A program made the translations under genes and the position numbers. DNA of 64,000 bases from NCBI GenBank assembly GCA_013694625.1, contig JACDCD010000124.1, forward strand, positions 7,539 to 71,538, in the 5' to 3' direction. Source of the stretch: Actinomycetota bacterium (GTDB taxonomy: Bacteria > Actinomycetota > CADDZG01 > WHSQ01). The notes under the pieces were generated by a model that ran no database searches, was not told the origin of the DNA, and worked only from the letters and a program-made list of their open reading frames with translations. Positions 1 to 9,617 of this stretch are shown in pieces. Every line of letters begins with the position of its first letter. The stretch's first letter is position 1.

Positions 1-7
1 AGGCCCC

Positions 8-1138
8 ATGAGGCCACAAGCTCTGTTAATCGCTGCGGTGATCGCGTTCGGGGCCGCCTGTTCGCCCGCCAGTTCGCCCGCACCCCAGCCGGCCGGCCAG
101 AGGTCCAACTCCGACAAGCTCGAGCCCCAACCGAAGGGCACAGACAACAACAATCTCGAGGCGGGGGTCGATCTGGGTCGCTCCGGCGCCTCTCCTCCGC
201 ACTCCGACCTGAGCGCCGTGATCGAACAGATCCTGCCTTCAGTCGTCAATGTGCAGACCACTTCTGTTGTTCAGGACGTTTTCGGGGATTCCAGCCAGGG
301 CAAGGGCCAGGGCTCGGGCGTGGTCATCGATGAAGACGGCATCATCCTCACCAACAATCATGTGATCAGCGGCGCGGTCTCGGTGGAGGTCGTCTTCAAC
401 GGGGGGAGGACGATGGAGGGAAGGGTGGTGGACGCGGTGCCGGAGCGGGACCTTGCGATCGTCAAGGTCGAAGCGACCAACCTGAAGGCCATCGCCATCG
501 GCCGCTCCGATTCCCTGAAGCTGGGCGACGATGTCATTGCGCTCGGCTACCCCCTTGGACTCGGGGGCCCGACCGTCACCAGCGGCATAATCTCCGGTGA
601 AAATCGCAACATCCAGCCACAGGGGGGACCTCGGCTGGAGGGACTCCTTCAGACCGACGCAGCCATCAACCCGGGCAATTCCGGCGGTGCACTCGTCGAC
701 AGCGCGGGTCGCCTCGTGGGGATCAACACCGCTGCGGGCACACCCGGAGCGGCGGAGAACCTCGGGTTCGCCATTGCAATCGACGGCGCCCTCCCTATCG
801 TCCACGAGATCCTCGAGGATCCACCCGAGCAGCGCGCCTGGCTGGGGGTGTCGCTGACCGATCTCGACCCTGCGGCCGCAACCCAGCTCAGGTTGGATCC
901 GGACCTCCAAGGAGCTCTTATCGTCGAGGTCTTTCCGGACAGTCCCGCCCAGGTGGCGGGGATCGAGCAAGGGGACGTTGTCACCGGGATCGGCGATACC
1001 GAGGTGAGATCGGCCGACGATCTGATCGCAGCGCTGGGGGAGTGGGACCCTGGAGAGCGGGCTGATCTGAAGGTGACGGGAGCCACCGGAAGCCGAAGCG
1101 AGACGGTGCAGTTGGGGGAGCGGCCGGTCACCCAATAG
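8..1138 (+). CDS. htrA: HtrA/DegP-family trypsin-like serine protease with C-terminal PDZ domain (secreted or lipoprotein)
   Basis: 376-aa ORF. Catalytic motifs TNNHV (His) and GNSGGALVD (Ser), with a PDZ-like C-terminus. N-terminus MRPQALLIAAVIAFGAAC looks like a signal peptide with a lipobox-like Cys. Confidence 0.88.
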   Translation: MRPQALLIAAVIAFGAACSPASSPAPQPAGQRSNSDKLEPQPKGTDNNNLEAGVDLGRSGASPPHSDLSAVIEQILPSVVNVQTTSVVQDVFGDSSQGKGQGSGVVIDEDGIILTNNHVISGAVSVEVVFNGGRTMEGRVVDAVPERDLAIVKVEATNLKAIAIGRSDSLKLGDDVIALGYPLGLGGPTVTSGIISGENRNIQPQGGPRLEGLLQTDAAINPGNSGGALVDSAGRLVGINTAAGTPGAAENLGFAIAIDGALPIVHEILEDPPEQRAWLGVSLTDLDPAAATQLRLDPDLQGALIVEVFPDSPAQVAGIEQGDVVTGIGDTEVRSADDLIAALGEWDPGERADLKVTGATGSRSETVQLGERPVTQ

Positions 1139-1141
1139 TCT

Positions 1142-1366
1142 GTGGGTGTGAAGGTAAAGCTCCGAAATCCGGATCGGCTGCTCGAAATCAGCGGGCCCCG
1201 TACAGTGACGGCGCTCCTGAACCAACTCGAGGTTGTCTCCGAAGGGGTGCTCGTCATACGCGATGCCACCCTTCTCACCCGCGATGAGCGCCTGGGACCG
1301 GACGACGAGATCGAGATCAGACCCGTGCTTTCCGGCGGCAGCCACCCCGCAGGAGACGGGCGATGA
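1142..1366 (+). CDS. ThiS/MoaD/TtuB-like ubiquitin-fold sulfur-carrier protein; Gly-Gly followed by 8 extra residues
   Basis: 74-codon ORF starting 3 nt after the htrA stop. Ends ...DDEIEIRPVLSGG-SHPAGDGR. Its stop overlaps the ATG of the downstream PP-loop thiolase (ATGA). The overall residue pattern matches my recollection of Thermus TtuB. Confidence 0.7.
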   Translation: MGVKVKLRNPDRLLEISGPRTVTALLNQLEVVSEGVLVIRDATLLTRDERLGPDDEIEIRPVLSGGSHPAGDGR

Positions 1367-2352
1367 GATGCAAAGTGTGCCGGGGGCATGCCGTCGTCGA
1401 CATCCGCAGGCACAACGCAGCGTTCTGCCCGGATCATTTCGTGGACCACGTCACCTCCCAGGTCGCAAAGGCGTTGAAGGAATTCAAGATGGCCACGGTC
1501 GAAGATCGTCTCCTGATAGCCGTCTCGGGGGGCAAGGATTCGCTTGCGGTCTGGGACGTCCTGATGAATCTTGGCTACGACACGACCGCTTTCTATCTCG
1601 ATCTCGGTATCGGCGGATACTCCGCTCGCTCCAAGGAGGCGGCAGTGGCCTTCGCCGGATCCAGAGGCGGGAAGCTCATCACACGTTCGCTCCGTGAGGA
1701 GCACGGCTTCACAGTTCCGGAGCTTTCGACGCTGACCCGGCGGGTGCCCTGCTCCGGTTGCGGGTTGAACAAGCGCTACGAGTTCAACCGCGCCGCCCTC
1801 GAAGAAGGTTTCGACGTTCTGGTCACCGGCCACAACCTCGACGACGAGGTGGCGACGTTGTTCGGCAATGTCCTGGGGTGGAACACCCAGATGCTCGGGC
1901 GCCAACGACCGGTTCTCCAGGAACGGATCGTCGGTGCCGGCGACTCCAGGGCGTTTGTCAAGAAGATCAAACCGCTGGTACGAATCGCAGAGCGTGAGAC
2001 CGCCGCCTACGCGCTGATCAGGGGGATCGACTACATCGTCGAGGAGTGCCCGATGGTCGAGGGCAACACCCAGCACCGGTACAAGGAGGCACTCACGTTG
2101 TTGGAGGAGGCCTCACCCGGAACCAAGCATCGGATGTATTTCGGCTTCCTCAAGAACGCATCCGATCGCTTCGCCGAAGACCGGGGGTCGGCGGAGCTGA
2201 TTCCCTGCACGGATTGCGGCGCGCCGACGGTTGCATCGGGCGCTCACGGCGTCGAGAAGCTCATGTGCTCGTTCTGCAAGACCAAAGCCCTCGCCCATGC
2301 ACGCAGAGCCGAGCGCACGAACGACTCCGTGCATGGGGCGGAGCAACGCTGA
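1363..2352 (+). CDS. ttuA: TtuA/Ncs6-type PP-loop tRNA 2-thiolation enzyme (Fe-S dependent)
   Basis: N-terminal CxxC...CxxH zinc finger (MRCKVCRG...FCPDHF), PP-loop SGGKDS, cluster cysteines PCSGCG and ECP, and a C-terminal CTDC...CSFC zinc finger. Confidence 0.85.
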   Translation: MRCKVCRGHAVVDIRRHNAAFCPDHFVDHVTSQVAKALKEFKMATVEDRLLIAVSGGKDSLAVWDVLMNLGYDTTAFYLDLGIGGYSARSKEAAVAFAGSRGGKLITRSLREEHGFTVPELSTLTRRVPCSGCGLNKRYEFNRAALEEGFDVLVTGHNLDDEVATLFGNVLGWNTQMLGRQRPVLQERIVGAGDSRAFVKKIKPLVRIAERETAAYALIRGIDYIVEECPMVEGNTQHRYKEALTLLEEASPGTKHRMYFGFLKNASDRFAEDRGSAELIPCTDCGAPTVASGAHGVEKLMCSFCKTKALAHARRAERTNDSVHGAEQR

Positions 2353-3152
2353 CGGCCGCCACTTGTCTCAGGGCAGGGGAACGTATCCTCTTGATTGACG
2401 GCCGCGCCCGCCGATACCTCGTCACCCTGGCTCAGGGCAAGCAGTTCCATTCACATCTCGGCGCGCTGGAGCACGATGAGCTCATTGGAGGCCCGGAGGG
2501 TGTGACGGTGAGGACCAGCGGCGGATCATCGTTGACGGCGTTCCGGCCCACGTTGTCCGATTACGTCCTGAAGATGCAGCGGGGGGCCCAGGTCGTCTAC
2601 CCGAAGGATGCGGCACTCATCGTCATGTACGCAGACATCTTCCCCGGTGCAACCGTTCTCGAGGCCGGCTCCGGCTCCGGCGCCCTGACCCTTGCCCTCG
2701 CGGACGCAGTGGGGGAGGGCGGCCTCGTGATCTCCTACGAGGTGAGGGAGGACCATCTCAGCAGAGCAGCAGCCAACATCGAGGCGTGGCACTCCGGGTC
2801 GGACCACCGGCCCGGGAGGGTCGACCTGCGTAGTGGCGACGTGTTCGACGGCGTTCCCGAGCGCAGCGTCGACCGCATGGTGCTCGATCTGCCCGAGCCG
2901 TGGCGCGCCCTGGGCGCCGGAACCGAATCCCTGGCTCCGGGCGGGATCCTGTGCTGCTATCTGCCGACGATCCCCCAGGTTTCACAAATTGTCGAAGCGA
3001 TGCGGCGAGGAGGGTTCGGTCTCGTCTCGACCTTCGAGGCCCTGGTGCGCACCTGGAACGTCGAAGGGCAATCGGTCCGCCCCGATCACCGAATGATCGC
3101 TCACACCGGGTTCATCGTTACAGGACGCAAACTCGCAGAAAATCGAGCCTAG
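2349..3152 (+). CDS. trmI: tRNA (adenine58-N1)-methyltransferase TrmI (GCD14 family)
   Basis: GERILLIDGRARRY..., VVYPKDAALIV and SAM motif VLEAGSGSGALTLAL resemble M. tuberculosis Rv2118c. The track ORF (from 2046) runs inside ttuA. The real start must be near 2349-2391, where only CTG 2349 or TTG 2391 are available, so the start is uncertain. Confidence 0.85.
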   Translation: MTAATCLRAGERILLIDGRARRYLVTLAQGKQFHSHLGALEHDELIGGPEGVTVRTSGGSSLTAFRPTLSDYVLKMQRGAQVVYPKDAALIVMYADIFPGATVLEAGSGSGALTLALADAVGEGGLVISYEVREDHLSRAAANIEAWHSGSDHRPGRVDLRSGDVFDGVPERSVDRMVLDLPEPWRALGAGTESLAPGGILCCYLPTIPQVSQIVEAMRRGGFGLVSTFEALVRTWNVEGQSVRPDHRMIAHTGFIVTGRKLAENRA

Positions 3153-3187
3153 GCCAACTGCGGGAGTAGGCTTGAGACTTCGAGGAG

Positions 3188-4954
3188 GTGGTCGAGGTCA
3201 CTCCAGACGAGTTCGAACGCAGAATGGTGCAGTACGACCGGGAGGTCCAGGACCTTCAGGGGCAAGTCAAGCTGCTCGAAGAGGAACTGGGGTTGACGCG
3301 CCGCAAGCTGGAAGCGGCGCCCAGGCAGATCCACGCACTCGAAAAGCGGCTCTCAGAAGCCAACGCCCAGCTGAGCCTTGCCAAGGACAACAACGAGATT
3401 CTCGCCAGCACGCTCTCGGAAGCGCGCGACCGGCTTGCAACACTGAAAGAAGACATCGAAAAGCTGAGCCAGCCTCCCATGACCTACGGGGTCTTTCTGG
3501 AACCACAGGAGGACTCTACGGCCGACGTCTTCACCAGCGGGAGAAAGCTCAGGGTCGGGATAGCGCCCGACGTCGACCTGGATGCTGCAGAGCGCGGCCG
3601 GGAGGTCATGCTGAACGAGGCCATGGTCGTGATCGGGGTATGTGATTTCGAGGTCCAGGGCGAGGTGGTCACACTCAAGGAGACCCTCGACGGCAACACA
3701 CGCGCCCTGGTGGTCGGCCGGGCGGACGAGGAACGGGTCGTCGAGATCGCCGAGTCACTGAGGCACGAGAAGCTGAGAGCCGGCGACACCCTGCTGCTCG
3801 AGCCGAAGTCCGGCCACGTGCTCGAGAAGCTCCCTCGGCCCGAGGTCGAGGAGCTCATCCTCGAGGAAGTCCCCGACATCTCCTATGACGACATCGGTGG
3901 GCTCGACGCCCAGATCGAAGAGATTCGCGATGCGGTGGAGCTCCCGTTTCTCTACGGTGAGCTGTTCAAGGAGCATCAGCTCGAACCTCCCAAAGGGATC
4001 CTCCTCTACGGGCCGCCGGGATGCGGCAAGACGCTCGTCGCCAAAGCGGTCGCCAACTCGCTCGCCAGGCAGTTGGCGGCAAAGCTGGGCCATGAGAACC
4101 AACGTTCCTATTTCCTCAACGTCAAGGGTCCGGAATTGCTCAACAAGTACGTGGGGGAAACGGAACGCCAAATTCGGATGATCTTTCAGCGTGCCAAGGA
4201 GAAGTCGTTGGAGGGTGTGCCCATCATCGTGTTCTTCGATGAGATGGATTCTCTGTTCCGAACGCGAGGGTCGGGCATCTCGAGCGACATCGAATCAACC
4301 ATCGTGCCGCAATTGCTGGCCGAGATCGACGGCGTCGAGACACTCAAGAACGTCATCGTCGTCGGCGCATCCAACCGCGAAGACCTCATCGATCCTGCCA
4401 TTCTTCGGCCCGGGCGGCTCGATGTGAAAATCAAGATCGAGCGCCCCGACGAGCGCTCCGCGTGGGACATCTTCGCCAAGTACCTCAGCATCGACATACC
4501 CATTTCCGAGCAGCAGATCGAGCGTGCAGGTTCCAAGGAAGCCGCTGTTCAGGAGATGATCGAGGCAACTGCGCAGAAGATGTACTCAGAAGACGATGAC
4601 AACCGCTTTCTTGAGGTCACGTACGCTAACGGGGACAAGGAGGTCCTTTATTTCAAGGACTTTGCCTCCGGGGCGATGATCGAGAACATCGTGCGCCGAG
4701 CAAAGAAGACCGCCATCAAGCGGGCCATTGCCGGCGAGCCCAAAGGGATCAACCAACAAGACCTGATCTCTGCCATCCATCAGGAATACAAAGAGAACGA
4801 AGACCTGCCGAACACCACCAATCCCGACGACTGGGCGCGGGTATCGGGCAAGAAGGGCGAAAGGATCGTTTATATCCGCACGCTCGTAACCGAGCAGAAG
4901 GACGGCGAGGGCAGCCGTCAGGTAGAGCGGGTTCAAACCGGTCAGTACCTCTAG
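3188..4954 (+). CDS. mpa: Proteasome-associated AAA+ ATPase Mpa/ARC
   Basis: 588 aa. N-terminal coiled coil, Walker A GPPGCGKT, Walker B IVFFDEMD, and the C-terminal proteasome-docking motif ...TGQYL. Collinear with Mtb Mpa along its whole length. Confidence 0.95.
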   Translation: MVEVTPDEFERRMVQYDREVQDLQGQVKLLEEELGLTRRKLEAAPRQIHALEKRLSEANAQLSLAKDNNEILASTLSEARDRLATLKEDIEKLSQPPMTYGVFLEPQEDSTADVFTSGRKLRVGIAPDVDLDAAERGREVMLNEAMVVIGVCDFEVQGEVVTLKETLDGNTRALVVGRADEERVVEIAESLRHEKLRAGDTLLLEPKSGHVLEKLPRPEVEELILEEVPDISYDDIGGLDAQIEEIRDAVELPFLYGELFKEHQLEPPKGILLYGPPGCGKTLVAKAVANSLARQLAAKLGHENQRSYFLNVKGPELLNKYVGETERQIRMIFQRAKEKSLEGVPIIVFFDEMDSLFRTRGSGISSDIESTIVPQLLAEIDGVETLKNVIVVGASNREDLIDPAILRPGRLDVKIKIERPDERSAWDIFAKYLSIDIPISEQQIERAGSKEAAVQEMIEATAQKMYSEDDDNRFLEVTYANGDKEVLYFKDFASGAMIENIVRRAKKTAIKRAIAGEPKGINQQDLISAIHQEYKENEDLPNTTNPDDWARVSGKKGERIVYIRTLVTEQKDGEGSRQVERVQTGQYL

Positions 4955-4966
4955 GGTCAAAGGACA

Positions 4967-6448
4967 GTGGCCCTCCCGAAGATCTGCGGGATCGAGACGG
5001 AGTATGGCATTGCCCTGCGAGACGCGCGCGACTTCAACCCGATACTCACCTCGTCCCTGTTGATAAATGCCTACGCACAACCTGCTTTCAAACGGGTCAA
5101 GTGGGACTACGAGGAAGAGAGCCCGCTGCGCGACGCCCGCGGGTTCGACCGGGCGCCGGCAGAAGGGTCCATCGAGGAGGACTCCGGACTCGTAAACGTC
5201 ATCCTGCCGAACGCGGCCCGCTACTACGTCGATCACGCTCATCCCGAGTATTCGAGCCCCGAGTGCTCGAATCCGTTCGATGCGGTCGTGTGGGATAAGG
5301 CCGGGGAAATGATCCTCGAAGCTTCTATAGAGGCGGCCCGGACCATTCTCCCCGAAGGCCAAGACGTTCTGATCTACAAGAACAATTCCGATGGCAAGGG
5401 CAACTCGTACGGCTGCCATGAGAATTACCTGGTCGACCGCAGAACTCCGTTCACTTCTCTGGTGCGGCACCTAACACCGTTCTTCGTCACCAGGCAGATC
5501 TTCACCGGCGCCGGCAAGGTCGGGGCGGAGAATGGATCCGAAAGCGTCGACTATCAGGTGTCCCAGCGCGCTGACTTCTTCGAAGTCGAGGTGGGGCTCG
5601 AGACAACCTTCAAGCGGCCCATCATCAATACGCGTGATGAGCCGCATGCGGACCCGGAACGCTACCGAAGGCTCCATGTGATAGTCGCCGACTCGAACAT
5701 GTCGGAAATTGCGACTTTCCTCAAGCTGGGGACCACTGCGATCCTCCTCAAGATGATTGAGGACAACTTCATCTTCGACGATTTCTCGCTGCAATCGCCC
5801 GTGCAAGCCATGCGGGCGGTCTCACACGACCCGGCCTGCCGGAGGCCACTTGTTCTCGCCGACGGCCGCAAACTTTCGGCCGTGGACCTCCAGTGGGAGT
5901 ATCTACGACTGGCGAGAAAATACTCCCAGGAAGTCGCCAGCGACACCCCCACCGAGGCGGTGCTCGAACGGTGGGAGCAAATTCTCGAGGGCCTCGAGCG
6001 CGACCCCATGACACTTGTGAATCAGTTGGATTGGGTGGCCAAGCTCGAGGTGCTGAACGCCTACAGAGACAGGGACGGCCTGGGTTGGGACAGTTCCAAG
6101 CTGCGCCTCGTAGACCTTCAGTATCACGACGTCCGGCGCGCCAAGAGCCTTTACTGGAGGCTCGTCCATTCTGGGCGGATGGACCGCATCGTGCCGGATC
6201 ACGCAATCGAGCACGCGGTCGACCATCCTCCCGAGGACACACGCGCCTACTTCCGGGGGGAGTGCCTGCGGCGGTTTTCACCAAGGATCGTTGCTGCTTC
6301 ATGGGATGCGCTCATTTTCGACACAGGTGAGAACCCGCTGCGCAAGGTGCCGACCCTCGAACCCACGAGGGGGACGCGTCATCACGTTCAAGCTCTGCTC
6401 GACTCGAGCCCGGACGTAGCCGCTTTGGTCGGCAACCTGGGTGCCTGA
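4967..6448 (+). CDS. dop: Pup deamidase/depupylase Dop
   Basis: 493 aa. GIETEYG N-terminus and [25 protein letters not shown] motifs shared with PafA. It is longer than the PafA paralog (consistent with the Dop loop) and sits in the canonical mpa-dop-pup position. Confidence 0.88.
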   Translation: MALPKICGIETEYGIALRDARDFNPILTSSLLINAYAQPAFKRVKWDYEEESPLRDARGFDRAPAEGSIEEDSGLVNVILPNAARYYVDHAHPEYSSPECSNPFDAVVWDKAGEMILEASIEAARTILPEGQDVLIYKNNSDGKGNSYGCHENYLVDRRTPFTSLVRHLTPFFVTRQIFTGAGKVGAENGSESVDYQVSQRADFFEVEVGLETTFKRPIINTRDEPHADPERYRRLHVIVADSNMSEIATFLKLGTTAILLKMIEDNFIFDDFSLQSPVQAMRAVSHDPACRRPLVLADGRKLSAVDLQWEYLRLARKYSQEVASDTPTEAVLERWEQILEGLERDPMTLVNQLDWVAKLEVLNAYRDRDGLGWDSSKLRLVDLQYHDVRRAKSLYWRLVHSGRMDRIVPDHAIEHAVDHPPEDTRAYFRGECLRRFSPRIVAASWDALIFDTGENPLRKVPTLEPTRGTRHHVQALLDSSPDVAALVGNLGA

Positions 6449-6524
6449 CGACGTCAGGGGACTCGCGTTCCTCCTGCACCCGCAGGGTAGGATTGGCGCA
6501 CCCAATCGTGGAGTGAGGTGAGGG

Positions 6525-6704
6525 ATGGCTGGAGAGCAAACGCGCAAGCCGCGGCCCAAGCGGGAAGACGCGGAGGCGTCGAAGGAGCCAACGACCGAGG
6601 CGCGGACGAAAGAGGTTGACGGCCTCCTTGACGAGATCGATGAAGTCCTGGAGGAGAACGCCGAGGAATTTGTTCGCTCCTACGTCCAGAAGGGCGGGCA
6701 GTAG
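6525..6704 (+). CDS. pup: Prokaryotic ubiquitin-like protein Pup (59 aa, C-terminal GGQ)
   Basis: Hand-translated: MAGEQTRKPRPKREDAEASKEPTTEARTKEVDGLLDEIDEVLEENAEEFVRSYVQKGGQ*. RBS GAGGTGAGGG precedes the ATG, and the stop lies 3 nt before the prcB ATG. Below the 60-aa cutoff of the ORF track. Confidence 0.92.
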   Translation: MAGEQTRKPRPKREDAEASKEPTTEARTKEVDGLLDEIDEVLEENAEEFVRSYVQKGGQ

Positions 6705-6707
6705 GTC

Positions 6708-7562
6708 ATGGGGGAGCCGATGGCCGAGGATCTTCTGCGCGCGCCGATCTTCGGGCCCGGCGCATCCTTCTCCGAGCTCGTGAAGAAAAGCGTTTCGCCG
6801 GCGGCCGGCGATGTCCGCATGGACAACCAACTGGTCGTGCCCGAGGGCACGACCGTGCTCGCCATACGTTACCGGGGCGGGGTCATCGTGGCGGGCGACC
6901 GTCGCGCAACCGAGGGCTTCCAAATCTCACATCGTTCGATCGAGAAGGTCTTTCCTGCCGATGACATGTCTGCGGTTGCCATCGCCGGGGCAGCCGGCCC
7001 CGCAGTCGAGGTGGTCCGGTTGCTCCAGACCGAGCTCGAGCATTACGAGAAGGTCGAAGGCGAGCGCCTCACCCTCGAAGGCAAAGCGAACAAACTGTCA
7101 CAGATGATCCGCGCCAATCTGCCCGCCGCAATGCAGGGATTGATTGTGGTGCCCCTCTTCGCAGGCTTCGACGAAGCCCGGAACATCGGTCGCATCTTCA
7201 AGTACGACGTCACCGGGGGCCGGTACGAAGAAGACGACTACCACGCTACGGGCTCGGGGGGAAAGGACGCTCGTTCTTCTCTCAAGAAGCGTTATAAGCA
7301 CGATCTGACGCGCGACGAGGTTGTGAAGATCGCCATCGAAGCGCTGTTCGACGCCGCCGACGAGGATGTTGGGACCGGAGGCCCGGACCTGGTGCGTGAT
7401 ATTTTTCCCACCGTAGTGTCCATAACGGTGGACGGGACGCTCGAGGTCCCAGAAGAGGATATACGCGCCTTGTTCAATGAATTGATCTCCGAACGGCGCG
7501 AGCAGATGCTTCTTCCCCATGAGCACACCGTTGATGTGAGACGACCGCAACGGGAGACCTGA
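6708..7562 (+). CDS. prcB: 20S proteasome beta subunit PrcB
   Basis: 284 aa. Propeptide followed by catalytic Thr in ...VVPEG/TTVLAIRYRGGVIVAGDRR. Confidence 0.95.
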   Translation: MGEPMAEDLLRAPIFGPGASFSELVKKSVSPAAGDVRMDNQLVVPEGTTVLAIRYRGGVIVAGDRRATEGFQISHRSIEKVFPADDMSAVAIAGAAGPAVEVVRLLQTELEHYEKVEGERLTLEGKANKLSQMIRANLPAAMQGLIVVPLFAGFDEARNIGRIFKYDVTGGRYEEDDYHATGSGGKDARSSLKKRYKHDLTRDEVVKIAIEALFDAADEDVGTGGPDLVRDIFPTVVSITVDGTLEVPEEDIRALFNELISERREQMLLPHEHTVDVRRPQRET

Positions 7563-7565
7563 GCC

Positions 7566-8249
7566 GTGCCGATGCCCTATTACGTCCCTCCGGAACAGCT
7601 CATGAAGGACAAGGCCGACTATGCCCGTAAAGGCATAGCGCGTGGGAAGTCCATCCTCGCGCTCGAGTACACCGACGGGATTTTCTTCATCGCCGAGAAC
7701 CCCTCGGCTACCCTCTACAAGATCTCCGAGATCTACGACCGAATCGCCTTTGCCGGGGTCGGTAAGTTCAACGAGTTCGAACAACTTCGCATCGGTGGAA
7801 TACGGCTTGTGGACCTGAAGGGCTATTCGTACTCGCGCGAGGACGTGACCGCCAAGTCTCTCGCGAATGCCTACTCGCAGAGCCTCGGCAACATCTTCAC
7901 GTCCGAGGTGAAACCGTACGAATGCGAGATCCTGGTGGCCTCCGTGGGGCCCACCACGAATGAGAACGAGCTATTTCACATCCTCTACGATGGATCGGTC
8001 ACCGACCGGCAGGGTTGGGTCGCCATGGGCGGGCAATCCGACCAACTCGGGGACGCGCTCACGGAGCGCTATCCCGGTGATCCCCCGGACCTGAAAGACG
8101 CATTCCGGCTGGGCGAGGAGATTCTGCATACTGTGGAGAACCGGTCCATGCCACCGGCGAACCTGGAGGTTGCAGTCCTCGACCGGACACGGGGCCGGCG
8201 CAAATTCCGCCGCCTGAGCGTCGCCCAGATCGAAGCAATCCTGGACTAG
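7566..8249 (+). CDS. prcA: 20S proteasome alpha subunit PrcA
   Basis: 227 aa. The N-terminus [29 protein letters not shown] is typical of actinobacterial alpha subunits. Starts 4 nt after prcB. Confidence 0.95.
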   Translation: MPMPYYVPPEQLMKDKADYARKGIARGKSILALEYTDGIFFIAENPSATLYKISEIYDRIAFAGVGKFNEFEQLRIGGIRLVDLKGYSYSREDVTAKSLANAYSQSLGNIFTSEVKPYECEILVASVGPTTNENELFHILYDGSVTDRQGWVAMGGQSDQLGDALTERYPGDPPDLKDAFRLGEEILHTVENRSMPPANLEVAVLDRTRGRRKFRRLSVAQIEAILD

Positions 8250-8263
8250 GGGGCTCTCCGAGA

Positions 8264-9616
8264 GTGGAGCACCGCATATTCGGGACCGAGAACGAGTACG
8301 GCGTCACCTGCACGTTCAGAGGACAGCGGCGACTCTCGCCCGACGAGGTGGCGCGCTATCTCTTTCGCCGGGTCGTTTCCTGGGGGCGCTCGTCCAACGT
8401 CTTTCTCGAGAACGGAGCGCGGCTCTATCTCGATGTCGGCTCCCACCCCGAATACGCGACGCCCGAGTGCGATTCGATCTACGACCTCGTGGTCCACGAC
8501 AAAGCCGGCGAACGCATCCTGGAGAGTCTGCTAAAGGCAGCGGAGGCGCGTTTGCGCGAAGAGGGCATTTCCGGCGACATCTTCCTGTTCAAAAACAACA
8601 CCGACAGCGCAGGCAATTCGTACGGCAGCCATGAGAACTACCTGGTGTCCCGCTATGGGGAATTCGGCCGGCTTGCGGAGGTCATGATTCCCTTCCTCGT
8701 GACCCGGCAAGTCTTCGCCGGCGGGGGCAAAGTTCTTCAAACTGCGCGTGGCGCGATGTTCTGCATCTCACAACGGGCCGAGCACATCTGGGAAGGCGTT
8801 TCTTCTGCCACGACCCGATCGCGGCCGATAATCAACACGCGTGATGAACCACATGCAGACGCAGAGAAGTACCGGCGTCTCCATGTGATCGTGGGTGACT
8901 CGAACATGAACGAGTGGGCTTCCTATTTGAAGGTCGGCAGCACCGCGCTGCTGCTGCGCATGGTCGAAGAAGGCGTTCAGATCAGAGACATGACCCTCGA
9001 GAATCCCATCAGGGCTATCCGCGAGATCTCCCACGACACCACCTGCCGCCGGAAGGTGCGATTGGCCAACGGCCGCGAGGTCTCGGCTCTCGACATGCAA
9101 ATGGAGTATTTGGACAAGGCTCTGCGATGGGTTGAGCAGCGCGATGATCACGTTCTCAAAGAAGTGGCGGCGATGTGGGAGCACGCCCTGGATGGATTGG
9201 CCGGCGATCAAGCCTCCCTCCGCACTCAGGTCGACTGGATCGCCAAACGTGATCTCGTCGAGAAGTACCGGGAGCGTCATGGACTTTCTCTTGCCCATCC
9301 GCGCATCGCGCTGGTCGACCTGTCGTATCACGACGTCAACCGCAAGAGGGGCCTGTACTACCTGCTGGAAAGGCGCGGGTTGGCGGAGCGCATCTGCGAC
9401 GAGCAGGACATACAAACGGCCACACAGCAGCCTCCCCAGACAACCCGCGCCAAGCTACGAGGCGAATTCATACGAGCCGCCAAGCGCAAGCGCCGGGATT
9501 TCACCGTCGATTGGGTCCACCTCAAGCTCAACGATCAGGCACAACGGACGGTGCTGTGCAAGGATCCGTTCCGCTCCACGGACGAGCGGGTGGCCAAGCT
9601 GATCGCTTCCCTCTGA
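8264..9616 (+). CDS. pafA: Pup-protein ligase PafA
   Basis: 450 aa. [13 protein letters not shown]..., paralogous to Dop but ~40 aa shorter, with [13 protein letters not shown] and [12 protein letters not shown] motifs. Confidence 0.9.
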   Translation: MEHRIFGTENEYGVTCTFRGQRRLSPDEVARYLFRRVVSWGRSSNVFLENGARLYLDVGSHPEYATPECDSIYDLVVHDKAGERILESLLKAAEARLREEGISGDIFLFKNNTDSAGNSYGSHENYLVSRYGEFGRLAEVMIPFLVTRQVFAGGGKVLQTARGAMFCISQRAEHIWEGVSSATTRSRPIINTRDEPHADAEKYRRLHVIVGDSNMNEWASYLKVGSTALLLRMVEEGVQIRDMTLENPIRAIREISHDTTCRRKVRLANGREVSALDMQMEYLDKALRWVEQRDDHVLKEVAAMWEHALDGLAGDQASLRTQVDWIAKRDLVEKYRERHGLSLAHPRIALVDLSYHDVNRKRGLYYLLERRGLAERICDEQDIQTATQQPPQTTRAKLRGEFIRAAKRKRRDFTVDWVHLKLNDQAQRTVLCKDPFRSTDERVAKLIASL

Positions 9617-9617
9617 C

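Noticed and set aside
239-2076. Long antisense ORFs opposite htrA/ttuA (239-1345, 649-2076). Similar shadow ORFs lie elsewhere: 9528-10871, 19381-20175, 20228-21553, 39348-41009, 40322-41383, 50066-51319 and 54541-56070.
   Set aside because: These are typical high-GC shadow frames. They are Arg/Pro/Gly-rich low-complexity translations with no recognisable motifs, and each lies fully opposite a gene with strong family signatures.
6488-6493. TAGGAT hexamer ~30 nt upstream of pup as an internal promoter for pup-prcBA.
   Set aside because: It is plausible (it matches the TAGRRT class), but it is a lone hexamer with no -35 or other support, so it is not listed as a feature.
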